DNA from: Oikopleura dioica
Lineage: Eukaryota > Animalia > Chordata
Direction of reading: 5' to 3'
Assembly (NCBI GenBank): GCA_907165135.1
Contig: OU015566.1
Coordinates: forward strand, 1,364,001 to 1,428,000
DNA: 64,000 bases
In this document: positions 24,945 through 35,768 of the stretch, piece after piece
Position numbering within the stretch: position 1 is the first letter of the stretch
Layout of the letters: each line of letters begins with the position of its first letter
Translations under genes and position numbers: made by a program
Notes under the pieces: model-generated
The model's database searches: none
What the model was told of the DNA's origin: nothing
What the model saw: only the letters and a program-made list of their open reading frames with translations

Positions 24945-26251
24945 TCATTCTTGTTTTTCTTTATTATCAGCTCCGAAAGTCAGAATTCTCATCATCAGCG
25001 AATCCAGTCGATCAAAAACAGAAACAGGTTTACCAATCTTCGACAGAAAAGCGAGCGCAAACATAAGCAGTGCTTGGCAAGTGATGATCATATTTTTTCC
25101 TGGAGCAATTTCGCAGCCTTTCAAAGTCGTTTATTTTCAACTTAAGTTTGAAACTACCTGAGAGGGCGAAAACATGAAGTGAAGAAAAGAAAAAGGCCAT
25201 TTTCGTAAAATCGCTTGGTGTCAGTTTTTCGATTTGCTTTTCTTGGGCGGAAGAAAGGCTCGATCCGAGATTGAGGATGAATTCACAACCCATAGCACCG
25301 ACGAGGCCAAGGAGGATGGAGAGCAGCAAGTTTCCTAAAGCGAATTCACCAATACGCAAATGGATAAAAATACCATTATAGACGACGAAACCAATTTCCG
25401 CCGCATAAAGAACTTTCTTCGCCCGGAACAGTTCTTTGAAAAACGCCAGGATAAAAAGCGAAATTTTGTTGGAGCAAAGTTTTTCAAATGCATTTTCAGG
25501 AGTGAAGCAAATCAGCCACCAGGAGACGGAATTGATAAAAATCGTCCGTGCGGACATGAATCCAGATAAAATCGGATTTCTTTATTTTTCTTCAGGAAAA
25601 AAGCTTATAAATCGGACTTTTACTGGAAGAAAAATTTCCTGAATGTCAAAAAGTTGAGCAAAACTGAATTTCCACCAGCAACAAGAAGGAAGAGAACGAA
25701 AGAAATCAATGGAAACTTCCTTTTTGACGTTATTTTCTGACGCGAAATAGTAATCCGAACAAAAACACAGTTCCCAACGCCTCCCTGAGAGAATCCTCCG
25801 TCCAGGATTTTTAGCCATCTTGGCAGTCAAGATTCCATGGGCAATTTCCATTGGAAGCATCACCTTATACCGTTTTATTATTGTAGAAAATAGGGATGTA
25901 CTTTCCTGGGCTCGGCAACCTGAATTGAAAACCTGAGTCAGGATCTGATAGAACTGAAATTAAAAGCCGCGTAGCGGCTTTTTAAAAGAACGAAGCCGCG
26001 AAGCGGCTTTGGTAATATAATATTACCGTTTTTATCTATGAAATATTCACGTTCGTTCTTAAAAAAAGCCTCTACGCGGCTATAAATTTCAGCTCATTCA
26101 GACCCTGACTCAGGTTTTCAACACAAGTTGCCGGGCCTAGGTACTTTCTGTTTGAAATCGCTTTGAAAACGAGTTCCTGAGGAATAAATCCAACGAAAAC
26201 GTCGCATAAGGGCGTCACATAATCTTCAAATAAATCGTCCAAAAGCTCCAT
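24945..26251 (-). CDS. TMEM38-like: TRIC/TMEM38-like trimeric intracellular cation channel (divergent)
   Basis: MLPMEIAHGIL (cf. FDIAHYL), SVSWWLICFTP..FKELFRAKKV (cf. SIWYITFFCP..MKEVTRTWKI), LGLVGAMGCEFI; TM spacing is TRIC-like. Confidence 0.75.
25906..26140. mobile_element. 235-bp MITE of the cctgactcagg family with ~90-bp TIRs and 8-bp TSD
   Basis: ctgggctcggcaacc...gttgccgggcctag; perfect TSD gtactttc at 25898-25905 and 26141-26148; lies in TMEM38 intron 1. Confidence 0.92.
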
Positions 26252-26408
26252 CTCTTGATTTTTATCAAAAAAGAGGGGCGTGCAAAAGAATGATAAGAAA
26301 ACGTGTCTTATCGCCTTGTGGGTGCTAAACGATTCAATAAAATATCCCTTCATTATTAATTTAAATATTTTATTTTCTCAATAAATGTACAGAAAAAAGA
26401 CCATTTTT

Positions 26409-27356
26409 TTATTCTTCATAAATTTTCGACTCGATTGATTTTCCTTTCTTTTCTCTTTTCCACTTCATTCTTTTGAAATGAAAAAAGTGAGTCTTCCTTG
26501 ATTTCAACTTTTGAATCTTACCTTCTGTTTTGAAACCAGATTTTGACCTGTCGCTCGGACAATCTAGTGATGTTTGAAAGTTGAACTCTTCTGTCAGCAG
26601 TGAGGTAAGGATGGAGGCAGAATTCAGCTTCAAGCTCCATCAACTGACGGGAATTGTAAGGCTAGAAATATGAAAAGTTACTTTTCCTGATTTTTGGGCA
26701 AATTTTGGTTATTTTTGGTCGAATTTCGGAGAGATCAAAATTTCAATTCGAAAAAAATGTGGGTAGAGCGAAAATTTCGATTGTGTAAATTTTTGACTCA
26801 AAAATTTGACCAAATTTTTGTCAAAATTTTGGTTGCTTATATTTTTATTCAAATCGCCTTTTCTCAATTTCGGCAAAAAACAGATACTTACAGTTCTCTT
26901 CCGGCGACCACCAGCTTTAAGCCATTTTTGAGTCGGATCTTCTTCTGAATTCAACTCTTCATTTTGCGCTGTTTCCTCCGCTTTTTGCTTTGGTTTTCGT
27001 TTTCTTCTTTTGTCGGAGCCCTGAAATTTCGATTATTCAGAAGAAAAATATTGCTTTTACATTTAAGCTTCCAAAATTGGCAATTTGGTAAAGTTGCGCG
27101 ATCGGCCCCGTCGGCAGCAAATATCGTTCCAGCGCCGAAGGAGAAGGCTGACTCTCCCAGTTCGAGCTGAAAAAGTTCGCGTGAAAAAAGTGATTGCAAA
27201 TGAAGCACCTGAAGAGAGGTGCATTATCAGCTCGTAAATAAAAAACCTCATTTGCGAGAACTGCGGCAGATAGTTTGTAGGCTGCGGAAAGGGATGGACG
27301 GGGGGAAACGAGGCAGTGGCGGGATTGATTGCAACGTTCGCGTTTTGGCCGAGCAT
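26409..27356 (-). CDS. Hox (posterior): Posterior (AbdB-class, Hox9-11-like) homeobox gene
   Basis: Spliced homeodomain GRRKRT|[46 protein letters not shown]|RMKWKREK, preceded by QKWLKAG (AbdB-type Trp motif). The start codon is uncertain. Confidence 0.85.
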
Positions 27357-27506
27357 ATTTTGCGCGTCGAAGATATACGGCCAGCAACTGTGGCAGAGTT
27401 CATTTTTTAGTTTTTACACAACTTTTGGTCTTTCGAAATATTTTCGGACTGTTAGCGATTTTAACGGTTTTTCTTAAAAAATAATCAGAATATTTTATTT
27501 AAGGAC

Positions 27507-27850
27507 CACCCACCCCCGGCAGCTTTTTCCTCCGAAAAATTGAAATTTCTAAAAACGCCATATTTTTGGTTCGAAATGCGTCCCCAGGATAAACTTGCCT
27601 CAAAAACTTGATAAGAGGAATTTTTGACCAAGAATAATCAATATTATCGTCAAAATTAGGGCAAATTCGTCAATTTTCGGCGAATGGCCCAATTCTCAGA
27701 TGCGATTTTGGGGTTGAAGGAGTCGAGATAGACCCTCAGAAAATGAAGCCTCAAAATCGTTTTTTGACCCGTAGAATCCATTTCCGGGGTCAAAATTTTA
27801 AAGTTCCGAAATTTGATTTTTTGAAAAAAGCTGACGGGGGGGGGAGAGGG
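27507..27850. mobile_element. Degenerate ~340-bp inverted-repeat element
   Basis: cccccggcagctttttc versus gaaaaaagctgacgggggg; a related solo fragment lies at 29341-29415 (ccccccgtca..aattttgacccc.gaaatggatt). Confidence 0.45.
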
Positions 27851-28435
27851 ATATTTATCTTAATAATCAAATCTTTTTTTTTATCATATTTATCGAGTAT
27901 GTAAAGTACTTACTGACAAGAACGATTCTAGAACTCTGGCTTTGCGCCATATGCTGATTGAACCTGTGACTGTCCATTTTCGTGCCCGGAAATAAAAGTC
28001 AATAAAACAAACGACGCAATAAACAAATTTTATAGTTTGGTCTTCAGCTGCTCTCTTAGCTGCGCGAAAATTGGGGAGCACTTTGCAGCGAAACTCGTTA
28101 TCAGATTGTTAAAAAATCATTAGCTCTGTTAGCAACTTGTAAATCAGCAATTCGCAAGTGGAGAAAAACGGTCAGCTGGTGCACCATCAAAGGGCCAGCG
28201 AAATCTTCAAGGGTATCATGCCGACGGCGTTATTTCAAGGATTTTCATTACGACTTTTGGAAATTAGGAGTTTGAAACAACGACGAGAGGTTCCTTTCAT
28301 ATTTTGTTATTTTCAAGTTGACGCGTGAACTACAGGATATTTTCTCCTGGGCAATGGACTCATTGATAATATAAAGTATTATATTAATAAAATGACAAAA
28401 TGCGTTATTATAAACGAGCCGTTGGCTGCCAAAAA

Positions 28436-30059
28436 CTAATACATTGATTTATAACAAACGTAACAGATAAAAAAGAAAAATGCAAGAATATTGAAAACGT
28501 CGTTTATAAGAACTGCGGCGATTTCGGGACCAGCCCAATCGATACTTGATGTTATTTCACTCGCACAAGTTTTAGCCCATATTTGCTGGCCAATAAATTC
28601 AACGCATCTTTCGTCATAGTCAAGGCATAAACATGATGGAGGCACACCTTTAATTCATTTACATTTTTGGAAAAAATAGCAAGTAGGTTAACCTACTTGC
28701 AAATGCAATTACCATTCACCCATTTTTGGTCGTTTGGAAGAAAAAAACAACAGGAAAATTTTTCTTGTATTGTTTCAACCAAAACTGCATCGTACACAGG
28801 ATCGCCTAACATTAATTATAATTCCGCATAAATCGGTTGCTCAAATATGTTTACCAGTGAACGAACCTACAAATTCTGTGCTTCGGTAATTTAAGAACAT
28901 AAGCTGAATACTGTCGACAAATTTCTTCCAATAATGAAGATGAATAAAAAGAAATGACTTGAAATATAACCGAATCTCTTTATAACACTGGATATTTTAT
29001 ACCTGCAAACCACCAAGTCCAAGAAAAATTAGAAGACAAAGTAATACCTTATAACAAGGATGTTTCACATTGAAGGACCTTTCATTTCTAGAGCAGGTGA
29101 TCATTCACTAGGCATTAATTGGGCCAAACCAAAATCAGGAAGTATAAAGATGGGAAGTGACAAAAAAGGAAGTAATACTTTTGATATGGGTTTTTATTGG
29201 CCGGTAGGCCAAATGCAGCGATCTTATTGGTCTTCAAAAAATGCACTTCCTTTTTTGTCGCTTCCTATTTTTATACTTCCTTTTTTTAGTTTGTGCCCAT
29301 TAATTTTCCCTTTATGATTGTCTCTCGATCAACAAGTAAAGGCCCCCCGTCAACAATTTTCGAAAAATCAAAAATCGAAATTTCATAATTTTGACCCCAG
29401 AAATGGATTTTCGTATTCCAGTAGTATTATGATAAATTTTTTTATGCCCTAATCTTAATTTTGCTTCTTTAACAATTCTGAAGATAGTCACCAGTTGACG
29501 GATAGTTAAATTTTTTATAAACTTGTAATTTCTAAAATAAAAGAAAAGAAAAAATTCGTAAAATGCATTTAGAGGAATGAAAGGCCCTACAACAATAACA
29601 TTACAAATCATCACCATGAGCATACTTCATTTAATTTTATGGACATGATCAAAGTTTGATCTGGTTACAGTATTGACTAATAACTTACAAGAAATGGATT
29701 TTTCTGTCGATTCGAGACACCACCCCACAACTAAAGATGCTATTTTTTATGTTTACTCATTGCAATAAAATTTTCCTTATAATTCCGATCCAATGGATAA
29801 TCGGAGTAATTACGCCCAATATCAAGACGATTTTCATTGATGTAAAATTTTCTTCGTAATATGCTGGTAAAGTTTTGCTAGCACCAACTCCAATTTTTTT
29901 CTCAATCGCATCAATGAATATTTCATAGTTCATTTTCGCAACTGTAAAATACCAAGCTACAAATCCTAATTGCAAAGCTGAGGTACTGATAGAAAGAGCA
30001 AAAATTCCATATTCTGCATTGTCATCCACTCTTTCAATACCATCGTGAATATAATCCAT
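28436..30059 (-). CDS. Fragments of a multi-pass membrane protein, or a decayed gene
   Basis: Hydrophobic ORF pieces YGIFALSISTSALQLGFVAWYF, IVLILGVITPIIHWIGII, MLMVMICNVIVVGPFIPL and AAVLINDVFNILAFFFF; the exons could not be joined. Confidence 0.3.
29115..29303. mobile_element. ~190-bp foldback MITE
   Basis: aggaagtataaagatgggaagtgacaaaaaaggaagt versus acttccttttttgtcgcttcctatttttatacttcct; ttaa at both ends. Confidence 0.7.
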
Positions 30060-30327
30060 CTCTTTTTTCAGTGTGATACAGTCTAATTCTTCGGCTTGAA
30101 GGCCGAATTACATGTCTTTAATTCCATCACAAAGAATTTTTAGATTTTATGTAGTTACATAGATGGTGCAGTTGAGTGGTTTTTTTGACTGTCGACTAAT
30201 TTTCGGGTTACGCCGTCACCAAATTCTTTTGAAAGATCGAAAAATATTCGTTATATCTGCATTTCGAATTTATTGAAGATAAATAAATGTTAGTCACAAT
30301 ATTTACAGTTAAAAACATTTGCTGAAT

Positions 30328-33300
30328 CTAAACAAGGTGCAGCAAACTTAGAATTACAACCAAAATTGTAGCAATGAAGATTTTGTATTGAGAGCACGCT
30401 GTATCAGGCCAGATTTGCTTCTCGACAGGAGTTACTTTCGCATTCCATTGGCCGAAAATATCCCAGAGCATGTAGCAATTGATGATTTTTCGATTGACGC
30501 ATCGCTCAAAAGTCGAAAAACTTCAAGAAAAAATTAATATTTTCGATCAGAAAATCAGGAATCTTACCGACAAGGACTGTCACTCGGCTCATCCCTTCCA
30601 TCATCTGCTTCAACTAGGCAGTTATCAAACGTAAAAATGATTTCGGCAACTGGGCAGAAATCTTTGCCAGCCCGAAGCGCGTCTTTTGTACAAATCATTT
30701 CATCGAGTTCGAATCGCAAGTCATTCTTTTCGTCATTGTTCCAGAAAGTGAAAATTTCAGGGGTATCCTCGCAGTGCCCTGCGCGTATTTGAACGCATCC
30801 TTAATTTTTTGTCTCTGTAGAATGAGGGGGTTAAACTTACTGTCAAAGGAAGAATATCTACAGGAGCTTTCTGGATTGTCTGTCAGGGCACAGGTTTTAA
30901 TTGCGTCCTGAATATCAGATTTTGAGGATTTTTCACAAGATGAAAATGTCCTTTTATGACTTATTTTTAAAAAACTTACCGTAATAGAGCCAATCTCGCA
31001 ATTGACCCTTTCTTCGATCAATTCCTCGAGCTCCGGATTCAGTCCAGTTTCTTTCTTTTCCGGAATTCCTTCCCGCAACTTCACTTTTTTGATCGGCCGC
31101 CTGCTGATTTTAATCGGCGCTTTTGTCGTTTCCTCTTTCGGCTCCGTCGTCGTTGTTGTTTCATCTGTAGTGGAGGCTGTTGTCGTTGTCGTTGTCGATT
31201 TTGTCGTGATTCGATATTGTTTTGCTGGGGGAACATAAACTGTTGTCGTTTTTGTTGTCGGCTTCGTCGTCGCTGCTGGGGTTGCTTGATTGTTTCGAGG
31301 AAGACCCATCGATTCAGGAACGGTGAACGGGTTGGGAGGGATGTAAGGAGTGGCTTTTGTGGTTGTTATTCTGAAGATTTCCTTTGGATCAACGCCGGCT
31401 TTGATTTTTTCGATTTCGCGCTCGAGCTGCTCGAATGTGATTTCTTCGTCTTTTTGACCGGGAGAGATGTTGGAATAAGGACGCGACGGTAAACTCGGCT
31501 TGCCTGTATTTTCTGAAAAGTGAAAGATAGCTTATGTAGTTGACAGATAAAACGTACCTGGGAGAATATTTTTCTCTCGCATTTGATTGGATAATCCCGG
31601 CAAAGGATTGTAGTAGTAATCGGAAATGTCGAAATCGTAGTTTTGAAAGTCGTAGTCCAGTCCAGGAAGACTATCATAATCATCATAGTCGTCTAACCCC
31701 AAGTAGTCGTTCACAATGTCAGCTGGTAATCCTGCGTCATCGGAAGCGCCTGCCGCTGGCTGGGATGCTCCGTTATTGCATCTTACCCAGCCGATTTGGG
31801 GGTCGTAGCACATTCCGCCGGACATGACATCGTTGATTCCGACTTCGCTTTCCGCTAGAGAGCAAAATGTGATCAAATGATTGATATGAAAATTAGAAAA
31901 CCTTTTGTTGAAATCGTAGAAGCTGTCGTTGTTGTCGTCGTTGTCGTCGTAGTTGTCGTGATACAGGGCGGCGGAGGATTCATCTCTAAGTACAGTTGAG
32001 CCGCCAGTGCTCCTTGATAACCAGCATTGTAGTCCAGCGCCACTTCTGATTGTTTATAATTCGAGCGCTCATTGTAGTAACGATCGTTAATATCCGGCCC
32101 ACCAACAAGAGCGCCAAGGAGAACGTGCGGATTCGGATCAGGGCTCGTTTCTGCTACTTTCGTGCATGCAACTGGCTTGGGAGGACAAGAACTGGCTCGG
32201 TGGTGATATTTTGTCGGCGGATTGCGCCCCCAGCCGACGATGTAGGAGCGAACGTCTTTTCCGAGAAAGTAGTCGATTTGCGACTTGGCGAACTCGCGAT
32301 AGCGGCAACTATTGATTCCGAGATCCGCGGCGATTCCACAAACAAATGCGATATTTGCCGCGTAGCGATTTGGTCCCCACTCTGCCAGGAAAAGCAAACC
32401 TTTTGGGGTGAAAGCTTTTCCGCTGTCCTTCATAAACTTGTCGCAAAACCGCTTGATTGGAATATCATAATCAGCACTGGCAGTCATGTTCTTGAGCAAA
32501 ACTTGCGCTCCGATCGTCACGTCGTCCCAGAAATAAGCAAACGGATCAGCGGTGGAAAGCGCGAACTCTTCGTACTTTTTCTGCGCCGCTCTGAGATACC
32601 AACTGTCAGAAGTAGCGTAGTAAATCCAAAGCGCCGCCCAAGTTAGTTCGTCGCCGAAGCCAGAGGATTTGTAATACTTTTCAGCGTCTGGAATCGCTCG
32701 GTGGTAATAGTCGCGATATCGATCCGCGAATTCGTACAAGTCCCGAGCGTGTTTCAGGCATTTCGCGGCGAATTGAGGGTCGTCTTCTTGGAGCAAAATG
32801 CTCGCCGAAGCTAGAGCCGCCGCTGTTTGACCAGCTAGATCTGTTCCCGGCCGCTCGTCAGTAATCGCAAATGCTTTTCGCGCCCAAGTGATGTCTTCTG
32901 GTCTTCCCCAGCGCTTGTGGTCGATTTCTCCGATGCCCACTTGTCCGTAGAGCTTGTACTTTTCCGGATGACAGTTGATCAGGTACTCCGCTCCGTGTCG
33001 CAGAGCCTTTTTCAAATTATCCAGCTCTCCCGCCTCTACGTATTGTTCTCTGTACTGGACTCCTCCCCAAGCGAGCGTGGTCATACTGTAAGCCATCGGA
33101 AAATTGAATTTCATGAAATCACCGGCGTCGAAATAACCACCAGTTAAATCTTCGTTGTCATCGCCGAAATCTTGAAGGGCAGCGTCTCCGCGCCAGACGA
33201 TCCGGGAGTCGCCTTTTTTCCCGGAGCGTTGGGCTTCGTAGAAGAGAAGAGAGAGACCTTTCATGGAATAACGAAAACGCTAGCACGAAAATCTCTAGAT

Positions 33301-33601
33301 GCGGCGCATTAGAGCCCTGGCGCACCAATTTCGTGCTTCCAGAACATCAACTTTTTTCTCTAGATCTACCGGCTCGCTTGACAAAAGTTTCATTTCGACA
33401 TCATTCTGCCTCAGCTCCGGCTGGGTAAGAGAAATTCTCCAACAAAGGAGAGGTCCGAGAGCGAGATTTTTACGGTCAGTACTGTAATAACTTATTACTA
33501 ATAAGGATAGGTTACTAGAGATCTATTTCTCACAATATTTTTAGACGAGGGAGAAGAGCTGCGATGTTAGTAACCAGCGGTGGAACTGAGATCACCGTCA
33601 T
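30328..33601 (-). CDS. GH9 endoglucanase A: intact catalytic domain, Thr-rich stalks, two Cys-rich repeats, hydrophobic C-terminal tail (5' end uncertain)
   Basis: LLFYEAQRSG, GGYFDAGDFMKF, YHHRASSCP, SEVALDYNAG (catalytic Glu codon at 32044-32046); poly-Thr; SCRYSSFDRCV and PCRFSTFERCV repeats; ends KIFIATILVVILSLLHLV*. Confidence 0.9.
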
Positions 33602-33789
33602 GGATTACTATGACGAGGACGGAATCACGGACGACAAAAAATTAGTGCCTTCTCATTCACTCACTTTAAGCCGAAAAAGGCTGGTTGAATCTTTACACTG
33701 TTCTGGCCACTTATCAATCCCTCATTTAAAATGGTTCATTTTAATAAAAAAAACACGTTCCGCTGTTTACCAAATGCTTCAAACATTCG

Positions 33790-35344
33790 TCATTCCATTC
33801 CTATCAACTCTCCATAGTCAGGTGCAAAAGTCCCCATCGCAAGCAACTTCTGCCCTACTTTCGAGTCTCCCACTGACAGCGTACTTTTGTCTTCAATCAG
33901 TGTTCCTTCGATTTCTAGCGTTAGCACTCCAGCGGCGAGGGCTGTAAATCCAGCGTTAGTGTTCAGCGTAACCGTCGAATGTTGGTAGTCGCTTCGGTCA
34001 TCGAGAAACTCATCGAGCGGATTCGGACCGGCGACGACAGCGCCGTGCAAAATGTGAGGATTCGGGTCTTCCGAGTCTTTCTGCGCCCAGCCGCATTTTG
34101 CCGGTTTGTAGGGACACGAACTGGCCTTGTGGTACGGCCGCTGGGGGCCTCCGTTCTTCCCGTAGCCGACGACAAAGGATTGCCCGGTGTTTTCTCCGAG
34201 AACGTAGTACAGTTGCTTTTTCGCGAGAAGCCGGTATACATTCGGCCGGATGTTATTTTCCGCTGCGATGAGGCACAAAAAGCAGGAAGACGTCGTTGCT
34301 TCAAGAGTGCCCCATTCTGTCAGGAAAAGAAGCCCCGCCGGTGTGTAATCCGCCCCGCCACCGGGCAACAATTTATCGCAAAATCGAATGGTTGGGCCCC
34401 AATGCGGCTCAGCTTTCGTCAAACTTGCCAGCATCGTGTGAACAGCGATTCGTTTATCATCCCAGTTGTAATACTCCATCGGCTGGCGCTTGTTGAATTT
34501 TTTCATATGAGCAGTCGCTTTTTTGATCCAAATTGGCCGGGCCTCTCGATTTTGAACGGCCTTGGCGATCCAGAGCGCTGCCCAAGCGAGTTCGTCGTGA
34601 AAGCCGTTGTATGATTTGTAGCGATTGGCGGCGTCGAGGATCGATTCGTGATAACTGCCTTGGTACTGATTGGCGAATTTGTAGAGCTGCATTGCTTTTT
34701 CCATGCATCGGCGTTGGAATTTCTCGTCGAATCCGCGAAAAACCATGGATGTTGCGGCCAAGGCAGCGGCTGTTTCGGCGATGAGATCAGAGCAGGGACG
34801 CTTGTTCGTGCATTTGAACGAAATTTCGTCGAAAGCTTCGAGCATATCTTCCGGTCGCCCCCAGTACTCATTCGTGTCTTTTGTCTGGCCGACTTGGCCG
34901 TAGAACTCGAAGGGGTTAGTGTGGCATTTGATGAAGTAGTCTGCCGCCCATTTAAGGGCGTCCATAGCTACTCGATACTCGTTCGCCTGGACGTACGCTT
35001 CTTTAAACTCAACCACACTCCAGGCAAGAAGAGTCATCGCGCTGGCCATCGGGAATCCGAACTTGACAAAATCGTGGTCGACGAAATATCCACCGACGAG
35101 ATTTACTTTGTGATATCCTCCGTCCGTCAAGCCGGAATCTTGGCGCCAGTCGATTCGTTTTGGATGCATGCTGAGTTCTCCGCTTCGCTGGGCTTCGAAA
35201 AAAAGAAAGGAGAGGTGGATAGCATGGGCGACATCGTGGACGTATGGAGGGGTGGTGGTCGTGATGACGGAAAAGGCAGTAGGGTTTGGTGGTGGAGGAG
35301 TGTTGACAGCGACGTTTGCGCCGTTGAAGACAGGGTTTACTCGG
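33790..35344 (-). CDS. GH9 domain B with substituted catalytic residues; begins at a splice acceptor, no local start exon
   Basis: LFFEAQRSG...GGYFVDHDFVKF (DAGD replaced), PYHKASSCP, HSTVTLNTNAG (Glu replaced by Thr); acceptor ttctag|c at 35344. Confidence 0.88.
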
Positions 35345-35768
35345 CTAGAAATCCATTGTTACTAATTTCTTCTTGAAAAATATTTTTTTATTTTTGAAAA
35401 ATTTTTTTCTTTTTGAACAAAATTTTTTTTCTATTTTTTTCTTTTTTATTTTCCAAAAAAAGAAAAAAATATATAAATTATCCCTGAAGTGTCAAAATTT
35501 TCGCCTCCAAGAATCACCCTTCACTTCCTCTCCCCCTTTTGTTTCCTGAAATAATAAACTGTCATAAAATAAGCGCAAGCAATTCAACCGCGAAAACAAG
35601 AGGCCTTCATTCTATTCCAAAACGTTTAAAATTTCAACTGCAATTTTACAGTCTGCGAGAATCGATGTAACAATCGTACGAGTTAGTTTACACGCGTGTC
35701 AATATTGAAGTTTCTCGTTTTTAAGCCGACTGCGCTGGTCCCAGTCAGCAGAGATCTTCAAATCAGAC

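Noticed and set aside
26922-26940. ccatttttgagtcggat, resembling the Oikopleura spliced leader as I recall it
   Set aside because: Short match, antisense to Hox coding sequence (DPTQKW), with no SL-RNA donor or Sm site; likely chance.
31140-31965. (gtc/gtt)n microsatellites
   Set aside because: They are the poly-Thr linker codons of GH9-A.
33500-33860. Fusion of GH9-B and GH9-A into one double-domain gene
   Set aside because: I found no in-frame exon chain across 33790-33600, and GH9-A has a plausible start of its own. It is not excluded without cDNA.
32050-34614. Long plus-strand ORFs opposite the GH9 genes, and likewise 58842-59843 opposite the EGF gene
   Set aside because: Antisense shadows of codon-biased exons with no recognisable domains.
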